Part shown: positions 1 to 7,766 of the stretch, one piece after another
How the letters are laid out: each line of letters opens with the position of its first letter
Numbering within the stretch: the first letter of the stretch is position 1
Assembly (NCBI GenBank): GCA_030018135.1
Contig: JASEGJ010000012.1
Span: 1 to 31,184 of the forward strand
Length of the DNA: 31,184 bases
Source: Candidatus Hodarchaeaceae archaeon
GTDB taxonomy: Archaea > Hadarchaeota > Hadarchaeia > Hadarchaeales > Hadarchaeaceae
Direction: 5' to 3'
The notes under the pieces: generated by a model
The model's database searches: none
What the model saw: the letters and a program-made list of their open reading frames with translations, nothing else
What the model was told of the DNA's origin: nothing
Translations under genes and position numbers: made by a program

Positions 1-52
1 CCGCTTGCATGAATAGTCATCAACGGCAAAAACAAAGGAATTTTGCACACCC

Positions 53-510
53 CTAAATATTTTATTGAACTTTGCGCCGAATTTTTTTGCTGTAATCATT
101 GGCAGCTCGGCTGACCTCATTGAGGAGCATCTTCCTCAGGATCGAAACGAGCTGCTTGAGCTGGTTTTTATCCCTCACATTCAGCTCGACTCGCTTTTTA
201 TCAAAAATCCCACCTTCAATGATTTTGCATCAAGGATGTTAAAACAGTCGCCGAAGATGAGCAGGCCGCGATCGTGCCCCACCATATTTCTGACTTTCTC
301 GATCGCCTTCTGAATCTCTTCGTGCTTCCTAGAAACCCATCCCGTCTTCCTTTCGAGGAGGGAAGATTCGTCGCCCCAGCTCTTCGGGAGGACTACCAAC
401 AGTTTTCCAGTTTTGAACTCTAAGCGCGGGTATCTTACAGGCCTCCTTTCGACCACATATGGCATTTCCGAGCCGTTCACCCGGAGGAACTGCTCAATAA
501 ACTTGAGCAA
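53..510 (-). pseudogene. YgjP/DUF45-like M48 metallopeptidase, N-terminal part; frameshifted and truncated
   Basis: ORF 181..510 has the typical N-terminus (YVVERRPVRYPRLEFKTGKLLVVLP...KTGWV). After a frameshift at ~200-212 (GGG/TTTTT runs on minus strand) another frame continues DKKRVELNVRDKNQLKQLVSILRKMLLNEVSRAANDYSKKFGAKFNK. The expected WASCS/HExxH part is absent. Confidence 0.65.
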
Positions 511-563
511 GGGCGATGACCAGACAGTATGTGTTAAATAGGGGGATAGAAAGAAATTGTGCG

Positions 564-1374
564 TTATTTGGCGATTCTTTCTGTATGTTGCCTTAAAAAT
601 ATGTTTTCTAGTTTTTCAGGTATTTTTTTTCCAAATAGAGACCGGAAGACGCATTATTTCCCACATATCTCGGATTAATGGCTCTTGTCCAGGTGGATAT
701 ATCTGCGTTTTAAACTTCAAAATAAAGCCGTTACAGGGCTTCATTTGCTCAAATTGAACTGCTGGTGCGTTTCTTAAAATCCACAGGGGAATCAAACCGA
801 GAAATTCACACATCTTCAACTTGATCTTGAGTTCATCCTCTTCCATGTAGGGCAGTGTGTTTTTTACCTCCACACCATATGCGATTGAATCTTTTTCGAT
901 GATGAAATCCAAATCGTGCCCGGTTTCCTCCCACCTGAGCCCGCGGTATTCATTTGTATCCTCACCTACTATCCTGAACCCATTCAGCCGAAACATGAAA
1001 AAACAGCATTTGTGCAAATCTCCGATAGCCTTAGTTATTGTGGGATCGGTGTACCTACTAATTATCTTGGCTCTCCTATTGATCTCCCTACGAATGTATC
1101 TAATATCGGATCTGTACACAAAATGAGCGATATCTCTCTTTTCCAACCCCGGGAATCCCTCATCTACCAAACTATCAACGGCCCGATTGGTGACCCAATG
1201 AAAGTATTTGTCTTCAAAAATCACCTCAATTTGCTTCCTGTGGTGGGGGGAATTCGGGTTGCAGCTCGGGGTAGGAGTTCCGTATTGATAAGTCCAGTGG
1301 CGAGGATCTTTGAAAAATGACCTTATGTTCTCCTTTACTTCTGCATTTGTCAGCGCGCTCACGATCTTTCTCAC
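564..1374 (-). CDS. PD-(D/E)xK restriction-endonuclease-like nuclease (probable frameshift near C-terminus)
   Basis: Motif HDLDFIIEKDSIAYGVEVKN = (P)D...ExK. Visibly AT-rich. ORF stops at 616, but removing one base from the T8 run at 623-630 gives ...WKKIPEKLENIFLRQHTERIAK* ending at 564. Confidence 0.65.
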
Positions 1375-1403
1375 CCGATTGCTTGTGGTTTTTAACTTGC
1401 TGA

Positions 1404-1816
1404 TTACTGAATAAGCTTGTTAGAGATAATCCCATGGGCTTTCATGCTCGTGTAGCCGTCACTCCCGATTATCACGTGGTCCTGAATCCACACCCCTAGC
1501 ATCTTGCCAATTTTAACTAATTTTTTAGTGACCTCGATATCCGTCTCGCTGGGTTCCGGGCTCCCGCTTGGATGGTTGTGGACGAGGATGATGAAGGTGG
1601 CGGAGTTTTTGAATGCGCTCGCGAACACCTCTCGAGGGCGAAGCAAAGTTATGTCGACGCCCCGTCGGATATCGTCTCGCAGTTGATCAGCACGTTTTGG
1701 GAATCGAGGGAGATGAGCTTGACCACCTCGTGCGTAAGGGCCTGAACTTCCCGCCCGACCAACTCGAAAACATCTTTTGGACTCGTGATAAAAATTCTCC
1801 TGTTCTCTAATCCCAT
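1404..1816 (-). pseudogene. radC: RadC-like JAB/MPN domain protein (single frameshift ~1660)
   Basis: C-terminal frame has PREVF...IILVHNHPSGSPEPSETD...DHVIIG. N-terminal frame from ATG 1816 reads MGLENRRIFITSPKDVFELVGREVQALTHEVVKLISLDSQNVLINCETISDG. The two join if one base is added to the CCCC run near 1660. Confidence 0.8.
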
Positions 1817-1845
1817 TTTCCCGCCTAGGTTTTGGATGAGAGCGG

Positions 1846-1853
1846 TTTATAAA
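1846..1853 (-). promoter_or_regulatory. TATA box for radC-like gene
   Basis: TTTATAAA about 30 nt upstream of ATG 1816. Confidence 0.5.
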
Positions 1854-2216
1854 GACAAAACTCGCTTCAAGGGCTGATAGCTTTAAGGCGCGCTTCCCCA
1901 GTCCACCGACCGCCCCACCCTTCCAGTACCCGATCACCGCATCGCCGCCCACCAGCTCCGATCTCGCCCCCTGAACCTCCGAAGCCTGTGTGGGGCAGGT
2001 CCCGACCCCTCTGGAGGACATCTGCATCCTCAACGTCCTCATCCCCGCCTCTACAGATGTTTCCCCGTCGTGGGGCGTCATCGCCCACCTGCCCTGAAGG
2101 CCCCAAGGACAAACTGGCTCCTCCGGAAACGGGCACGATTAGAGCAGTGCAACATCACCGCCTGCTGGAGGGACACGGCGGGAAATGGTACTTAAGCTGG
2201 TGAACGGGTTGTGACC

Positions 2217-2555
2217 TCATTCCTCCGTCTCTACGACCATACGCTTTCCGACGACCCTTATCTCAACCCTGCGCCCGTGCCTCAGGCCGAGCATCCGCTC
2301 CACGTCCACGGGGATGTAAAGCGCCCATTTCTTCCCTATCCTAGAGACCTTGCGCTTAAGTCTGATCCCATGGCCCCAGATCCCGGCCTCCTCGGCGGCC
2401 GCCCTCAGCTTGGACGCCTGCTCCACGGTGAGCACCACCTCCCCGCACCGGTCACACTTCTCGACCTCGAGCCCCGCAACTAGCTTCACGCCTTCGACCA
2501 CGATGTCATCCCTCGCCTTGACGAGGGTTCCCTTCTTGCATTTAGGACACTCCAC
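2217..2555 (-). CDS. YgiT/MqsA-type zinc ribbon fused to AbrB/MazE/SpoVT DNA-binding domain (putative antitoxin)
   Basis: CPKC...CDRCGE zinc ribbon followed by RKVSRIGKKWALYIPVDVERMLGLRHGRRVEI (AbrB-like). Confidence 0.8.
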   Translation of the reverse strand: MECPKCKKGTLVKARDDIVVEGVKLVAGLEVEKCDRCGEVVLTVEQASKLRAAAEEAGIWGHGIRLKRKVSRIGKKWALYIPVDVERMLGLRHGRRVEIRVVGKRMVVETEE

Positions 2556-2682
2556 CCTTTCGCCCCCTCACATTGACGCTCATCACAACGATCGCGGCCG
2601 GGTTCTCCACGTAAACCACGCGCAGGATTTTCCTCCCCGCGCCGACCTCTGCGTAATACTTATCGGTCCTAGTGGGGAGCAT
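2542..2682 (-). pseudogene. C-terminal remnant of a DUF4258/RelE-like toxin
   Basis: KYYAEVGAGRKILRVVYVENPAAIVVMSV overlaps the antitoxin start by 14 nt in toxin-antitoxin order. The upstream in-frame sequence does not look like a toxin N-terminus. Confidence 0.5.
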
Positions 2683-2890
2683 TTTTGTGCTGATGGCAGG
2701 TAATAACCTCAGAACTCTCGCAGGAGAAGCGGAAAGAGCGATGGAGATGTATGATGCAGGCCAGATGGAGAGGGTTGTAGTCGATTTGTCGGGGAACTTC
2801 GCTTGGTCCGTCACGGTATTCGGAATAGGTGGCATCGTATACGGGATTAAGCGGCTCGTAGATGGCATGGCTGGAGTAGCTCGCGGGTGA
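2672..2890 (+). pseudogene. Small or partial membrane protein (C-terminal fragment?)
   Basis: 72 aa ORF with one hydrophobic segment (FAWSVTVFGIGGIVYGI). It starts where the toxin remnant is cut. Confidence 0.3.
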
Positions 2891-3059
2891 CTAAAACCGT
2901 GCTGAGAGGAAAAGGTGGAAAATCAAACTTGGATAACCGTACCTACCACGCTATTGGAAAGGTATACTTTTGTAATAGGGAACAAGCGGAAAACTGATCA
3001 AGCAAATCGAGAAGGACGGGTTGAAACCTTAAGCAAATGCAGGATTCGGGCCGAACCCG

Positions 3060-3440
3060 TTAAACCGCGCGTGAGATGAACATCAGCGGGTAGTCCAGCT
3101 CCCGCACATATCGCATGCCCACGCGCGCTCGAGCCTTGCCGTATTTTGCGAGGAGGTCAATCGTGAGCATCTCGCCAGACAGTTCCGGGTAGATGTAGGG
3201 GTGCCTGCGTCTACCCTTTGGGCACTTGATCTTCACCCTCGCCTCCTCGATGAACGGCTGCGCGAGCGCCGCCTGCTCCATCGCCCGCTCGAGCGCCTTG
3301 GCGTCGTGTATCGCCGCGCCCACGAACTGGTGGTAGAGGGCGCCGAGCGTTATCGCCCCCTCGAATATCGCCCGCTCGCGGTCCGTCACTCTCTTATCGA
3401 AGTACTTGCGCGCGGGGTCCTTCACCTCATCCCCTCCCAC
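3060..3440 (-). CDS. mptD: Archaeal dihydroneopterin aldolase (DUF372)
   Basis: TDRERAIFEGAITLGALYHQFVG and C-terminal ELDYPLM motifs; adjacent to mptE. Confidence 0.9.
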   Translation of the reverse strand: MGGDEVKDPARKYFDKRVTDRERAIFEGAITLGALYHQFVGAAIHDAKALERAMEQAALAQPFIEEARVKIKCPKGRRRHPYIYPELSGEMLTIDLLAKYGKARARVGMRYVRELDYPLMFISRAV

Positions 3441-3507
3441 GCCTTCTCGCCTTCAGGGCTAAATAACCGACGATGTCCAGCGGATATTGGAACTCGCGGG
3501 CCAACCT

Positions 3508-4233
3508 TCACCCAGCGACCTCCCGCGGCACGTTGGGGATGTCCTCCCCTCGGCTGGTGAGGTTGACGAGCCTCGCCTTAAGCTCGCCGGCGAGCCACGC
3601 CAGGAGCTCCTTGCATATGGCCAGCTTGACGAGCTTCCTCGCGATGTCCTTGTCGCCCGAATGCCTCCCCACCTGCCCGCCAAGGTCCATCCCGGCGAGG
3701 TAGATCTCGGACGCGCCCAGCTCGTGCGCCATGAACGCCGCGCGGTCGCCGTCCGTGAAGCCGCCGAAGTTGAGGAGCCCGCCGAATGGCTCGACCTGCG
3801 TCGTGCCAACGACGCGCTCCTTCAACCTTGGGGCGATGCTCAGGAGCTGATCGAGGTTATCGCCGTGGGCATGGACGACGAGCCAGGAACCCAGCCGCCA
3901 GGCGCGGAGCTGGTCCTCGATTTTGCCGTCCAGGTCCGTGACGATGATCTCGGGCCTGCGATGCTCGATCACCGCTGAGGTGGCGCCGTCCGCAGCTATG
4001 AGCACCTTCTCCAGGTATCCGGCCCGCCTTAGCCTAGTCAAATCCTCGTCCAGCGAGGGGCCGGCGCCGAACACCACGCACTCCCTCCCGCGCAGGGTGC
4101 CCGCCATTCCCTCGAGGTCCGGCTCTGGGAGGAGATCGTTCAGCGCCCTCGCGGCCTCCAGATCTGCGGCGGCATCCAGCCCCAGCCGCCCGACGATCTC
4201 CTCGTACTTAGGGCGCCAAACTTCCCAGCGCAT
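3508..4233 (-). CDS. mptE: 6-hydroxymethyl-7,8-dihydropterin pyrophosphokinase
   Basis: VFGAGPSL, IAADGAT, IVTDLDG, VHAHGDN, GTTQ and NFGGFTDGDRA motifs. Confidence 0.92.
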   Translation of the reverse strand: MRWEVWRPKYEEIVGRLGLDAAADLEAARALNDLLPEPDLEGMAGTLRGRECVVFGAGPSLDEDLTRLRRAGYLEKVLIAADGATSAVIEHRRPEIIVTDLDGKIEDQLRAWRLGSWLVVHAHGDNLDQLLSIAPRLKERVVGTTQVEPFGGLLNFGGFTDGDRAAFMAHELGASEIYLAGMDLGGQVGRHSGDKDIARKLVKLAICKELLAWLAGELKARLVNLTSRGEDIPNVPREVAG

Positions 4234-4242
4234 GCCATCGCC

Positions 4243-5337
4243 TCACAGATTTCCGTACTTCGTCTCGTAGGCCGCCAAGGCGTCCCTCCACTCCTCCTCC
4301 ATCTCGGTGTACACCCTGTAGGGGAGCTGCCCGAATCTCCCCTGGGACTCCACCGGCGCCCACCCCTCACCCGGCAGGTACACCTCGACCCATGCGTGGG
4401 AGACGATGTTCTCCCCCTCGGGCGTAGTGCCGACGACCATCTCGAAGCCCGGCGGGGGGCGAAATTCCCCGGTGAAGACTATCCTCCCGGCGACCCTCCT
4501 AGCGGGTATTCCCGCGGTCCTGGCGAGGGCGAGGTAGACGTTGGTGAAGTCCCCGCACTGCCCCTTCCCCAACTCCAGAACCTGCTCGGACGTGAGCCCG
4601 ACCAGAAAGACGTAGGTGATGTGGGTGCTCGTCCACTCGCAGAGCTTCCGCGCCAGCTCCCTGTCGTCCTTCGCGAGCCCGCGGACCTGCGACAGGACCT
4701 CGTTCACCCTCTCGCTGCCGGTGATCACCTGCGTCGAGGGGAGCAGAAAATACGCGTAGCTGGCCGGGATCTCGAAGTTATCCAGAGCTAAATTGCCGCT
4801 CGGCGCGGGCGCGAACTTGATCTCATCGGGCAACCTCCCGCCCTCGCGGTAGGAGAGGAGGATCCTGCTGAACGTAAACAGGATGTCCCTGAATCTGATC
4901 CTGCCGATCGAGGCTTCAACGCTGCCGGGCGCCCTCCCGGTCGCTTCCACCTCGTCGCGAATCCCTAGCGCCAGGCCGAGGTAATCGTCCTTTGAAAGAC
5001 TCCTCCAAGAGGCCGTGAAATCGCCGCTTTCTTCGCCCGCCCCGGCCACGGAAATCGGTCGCTCGATCGAGAACCGCTCGCCTCGAGCTGCGGCGACGAT
5101 CGCGTCCGCCGAGCAGTACAGCAGTTGGGGCGGGGTCAGGGAATACTCCAGACCTCCGACGGCGATCGAATATCGCTTGCCGAGCTCCCGTCCATATTTC
5201 AGGTCCCCGCGAACCTCGCCCATCGAACCCGCAAACTCCCGCAGGGCCTCATCGCTCGGGCGCCTCTGGAGCACGGCGATGGACAACATTGCCGCAGCTA
5301 CTATCGCAACGGCGGCGAGCAGGGCAACCTTGCGCAT
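4243..5337 (-). CDS. Exported/membrane-anchored transglutaminase-like cysteine protease with pseudomurein-binding-repeat (PMBR)-like segments
   Basis: N-terminal hydrophobic anchor. PMBR-like units SLSKDDYLGLALGIRDEVEATGRAPGSV and GRIRFRDILFTFSRILLSYREGGRLPDEI. Catalytic core GQCGDFTNVYLALARTAGIPARRV...SHAWVEVYLPGEGWAPVE. Confidence 0.8.
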   Translation of the reverse strand: MRKVALLAAVAIVAAAMLSIAVLQRRPSDEALREFAGSMGEVRGDLKYGRELGKRYSIAVGGLEYSLTPPQLLYCSADAIVAAARGERFSIERPISVAGAGEESGDFTASWRSLSKDDYLGLALGIRDEVEATGRAPGSVEASIGRIRFRDILFTFSRILLSYREGGRLPDEIKFAPAPSGNLALDNFEIPASYAYFLLPSTQVITGSERVNEVLSQVRGLAKDDRELARKLCEWTSTHITYVFLVGLTSEQVLELGKGQCGDFTNVYLALARTAGIPARRVAGRIVFTGEFRPPPGFEMVVGTTPEGENIVSHAWVEVYLPGEGWAPVESQGRFGQLPYRVYTEMEEEWRDALAAYETKYGNL

Positions 5338-5344
5338 GTTTCGC

Positions 5345-6181
5345 CTACCTTCTCCGGAGCAAGATCACGATCGCGGCCAGCACGACCAGCGCCGCCGCAA
5401 TTGCGCCGTACACGACATGGCTTGGGCCCTCCTCCGCGAGTGCTCCGGTGTATTCTATCGCGTGCGTCGGGAGCGTGTGAAGCAGTTCCTGCGGGGTTAT
5501 CGTGAGGTTATCCGTCGTGACGAAAATCTCGGTCCTCACCACGACCGCCGACCTCCCATCTATTCTTTCGATGCTGAGGGTGCTCTCCTCGCTGCTCCCC
5601 CCGCCGTACTCTATCCTCCAAGTGCCGACGCCCGCCAGCTCGGCCGCGTTGGTGATCTCGGCGCCCCTCGGCAGGATGGTCGCGAGATCCTGCGAAATTT
5701 TGAGCTGGGCCCCGGAGCCGAACGTAAGCAACATCGCCCGGAGGTTGTTCATCGTGTCGATCAGCCTCCGCGCATCCCCCTCTGGGTCGATGGGTTCGAA
5801 GGATATCGTCCATATGTTGTCGCTCCTCGCCAGGGCCGTTATCTCGCCGGTTATGGTCATCTGTAGCGTTTCCCCCTCGTCGAGGCCGGCGATTTCGCAT
5901 TTGAGATTTTTCACCTCCCAGCCGTATACGGCAAATGAGCTCCTCGCCTGCTCTATCGCCTGAGCTTTCACGAAGTCCTCCATGATCTTGTACATCGGCT
6001 TCAGGGCGTCCGCGAGAGGGGATGGGTGGTACTTCTGGACGAACCGGAGGGTGGCATTTCCCTTTTCATCGACGCGGATGTCGACGTCAGATGTTATCTC
6101 GAAGGGCTGTTGGGCCGCAAGCGGTTGCACCAAGGTCAAAAGCAAAAGCGCGGTCAGAGCTGCAGTCGCGAGATATCTCAC
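5345..6181 (-). CDS. Cell-surface protein with signal peptide and C-terminal TM anchor plus basic tail
   Basis: MRYLATAALTALLLLTLVQPLAA signal peptide; C-terminus VVYGAIAAALVVLAAIVILLRRR. Confidence 0.75.
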   Translation of the reverse strand: MRYLATAALTALLLLTLVQPLAAQQPFEITSDVDIRVDEKGNATLRFVQKYHPSPLADALKPMYKIMEDFVKAQAIEQARSSFAVYGWEVKNLKCEIAGLDEGETLQMTITGEITALARSDNIWTISFEPIDPEGDARRLIDTMNNLRAMLLTFGSGAQLKISQDLATILPRGAEITNAAELAGVGTWRIEYGGGSSEESTLSIERIDGRSAVVVRTEIFVTTDNLTITPQELLHTLPTHAIEYTGALAEEGPSHVVYGAIAAALVVLAAIVILLRRR

Positions 6182-6247
6182 GCATTCACCTCTGAGGACC
6201 CCTCGACCTTTTTTTGATAAATACCTTGACGAGCGAGCCGACCGCGG

Positions 6248-6622
6248 TCATCCCACGACTCTCAGTGCCATCTCCGCCCCGCGGTGGTCGTAGGCCCGCC
6301 AGGAGCGCCCGTCGTACGGAAAGGCGATTATCAGGTGCACGCGGCCGAACTTGGCGAACAGCGACAAGTCCTCCGGCGACGGCGAGGGGTTTGGCGATGG
6401 GTGGCTGTGCACCGTGCCGCATGCGCTTCGGTCGATCGGCAGCATGTGCAGCCGCAGCACAGCCGAGCGGTCGGAGGAGAAGGTCCCGGGCAGCACTAGG
6501 ACCTCTCGGATCAGGCCTCGCTCGGCGCGGAGCACGCCCGCAAACTCGTTGGGGTGGCTTGAGCGCGAGACCCCCAACATGAACTCGAGGGCCTCCCGCT
6601 CGACGCCGAAAATCCTCGACAA
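6248..6622 (-). CDS. JAMM/MPN+ (Mov34) zinc metalloprotease
   Basis: HPNEFAG glutamate plus GTVHSHPSPNPSPSPEDL (HxH-x7-S-x2-D). Confidence 0.88.
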   Translation of the reverse strand: MSRIFGVEREALEFMLGVSRSSHPNEFAGVLRAERGLIREVLVLPGTFSSDRSAVLRLHMLPIDRSACGTVHSHPSPNPSPSPEDLSLFAKFGRVHLIIAFPYDGRSWRAYDHRGAEMALRVVG

Positions 6623-6764
6623 TTAAGTCGCCCGATTTAGGTTTGGCTCAAACCCCCCTATTTACATCGCCCTCGGGCCTGTGCCAGCGGGCTTGGACAG
6701 CACAACTTTCATCTTTTGCTTCTTTCCATCTGGGTCAAGTTGTAACCCTCCGAGGAGCGCATGG

Positions 6765-7766
6765 TCAGCGCCATCTAGCCCTCACCTCTTTGACCGCCTC
6801 CACCATCGCCCGAAGCTTTCCGATGGCTTCCTCTCGCGTCCTAGTTTTGAGCCCGCAGTCCGGGTCGATCCAAAGCTGCTCCGGGCTGAGGACCTCCAAG
6901 GCGCGGCCGATCCGCCTCTTCACCAGGCCGATGCCCTCGATGACGTGCGAGTGGACGTCGACCACCCCGAACGAGATGTCCTTGGTGAACGGGTGCCTCC
7001 GGAAGAGCTCCACCAGATCGAGCTCGCTGTTCGACATCTCCAGATCGAAGTTGTCCACGGGCAGCTCCAGCATCTGGGGATAGATGAACTCAAACGCGCC
7101 GTAGCACACGTGGGTGATGAAGTACGCGTCGATGCCCTTGGTGACGATGTCCAGTGCCTCGACCGCAAACTCCGGAAGCTCCTCCGGCCTGGTGGAAAGT
7201 GCCGGCTCGTCGATCTGGATTATCTTGGCCCCGGCCAGCGCGAGCGCCTCGACCTCCTCGTGCAGCGCGCGCGCGAGGTCCAAGCAGGCCTCCCTTCGGC
7301 TCGGGTAGTACTCGTTGAAGGACCAGTCCATCATGGTGTACGGCCCCGTGATCATCCCCTTGACCGGCTTCTTCGTCAGCCCCTGGGCGAACTTCCACCA
7401 CTCCACCGTGATCGGGCCGCGCCAGCGCACCTTGCCCACGATGATGGGCTTCCTGTAGTAGCGGTTGCCGTACGAGCGGACGAGCCCGCTTATCGCGAAG
7501 CCGTCGAGGTTCTCCGCGAAGTGCGTCGCCATATCGCCGCGGTACATCTCCCCGTCCACAAGCACGTCCAGCCCGACCTCCTCCTGCAGCGCGATCCAGT
7601 CGCGCGTGGCCCGCTGCTCGAGCGGACGCAGTTCTCCTAGGGTGAGCTTTCCCGCCAGCAGCTTCTGCCTCGCCTCGAGCAGCTCTGGGGGCTTCGGATA
7701 GCTGCCCACCGCAGTCGTCGGGAGCAGCGGCAACTCCAGTCCGAGCCTTCGAAGCTTTTCCCGCAT
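6765..7766 (-). CDS. metE: Cobalamin-independent methionine synthase, catalytic (C-terminal-like) subunit of split MetE
   Basis: LPTTAVGSYP, DGEMYRGDM, VRSYGNRYYRKP, IQIDEPA; Zn ligands THVC, LEM, PDCGLKT. Confidence 0.9.
   Translation of the reverse strand: MREKLRRLGLELPLLPTTAVGSYPKPPELLEARQKLLAGKLTLGELRPLEQRATRDWIALQEEVGLDVLVDGEMYRGDMATHFAENLDGFAISGLVRSYGNRYYRKPIIVGKVRWRGPITVEWWKFAQGLTKKPVKGMITGPYTMMDWSFNEYYPSRREACLDLARALHEEVEALALAGAKIIQIDEPALSTRPEELPEFAVEALDIVTKGIDAYFITHVCYGAFEFIYPQMLELPVDNFDLEMSNSELDLVELFRRHPFTKDISFGVVDVHSHVIEGIGLVKRRIGRALEVLSPEQLWIDPDCGLKTRTREEAIGKLRAMVEAVKEVRARWR

Noticed and set aside
1404-2081. 225 aa ORF as a full-length RadC with a novel N-terminal domain
   Set aside because: The real N-terminus lies in another frame from ATG 1816 with its own TATA box; the extension results from the frameshift.
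2925-3032. YH...IEKDGLKP fragment reminiscent of an ADP-ribosyltransferase motif
   Set aside because: It needs a frameshift, the spacing is wrong and it stops immediately; too short to support.
5015-7640. Long plus-strand ORFs (5015..5866, 6681..7640) and similar ones such as 29778..30947 and 25737..26534
   Set aside because: They are antisense shadows of well-supported genes in GC-rich DNA and carry no motifs.
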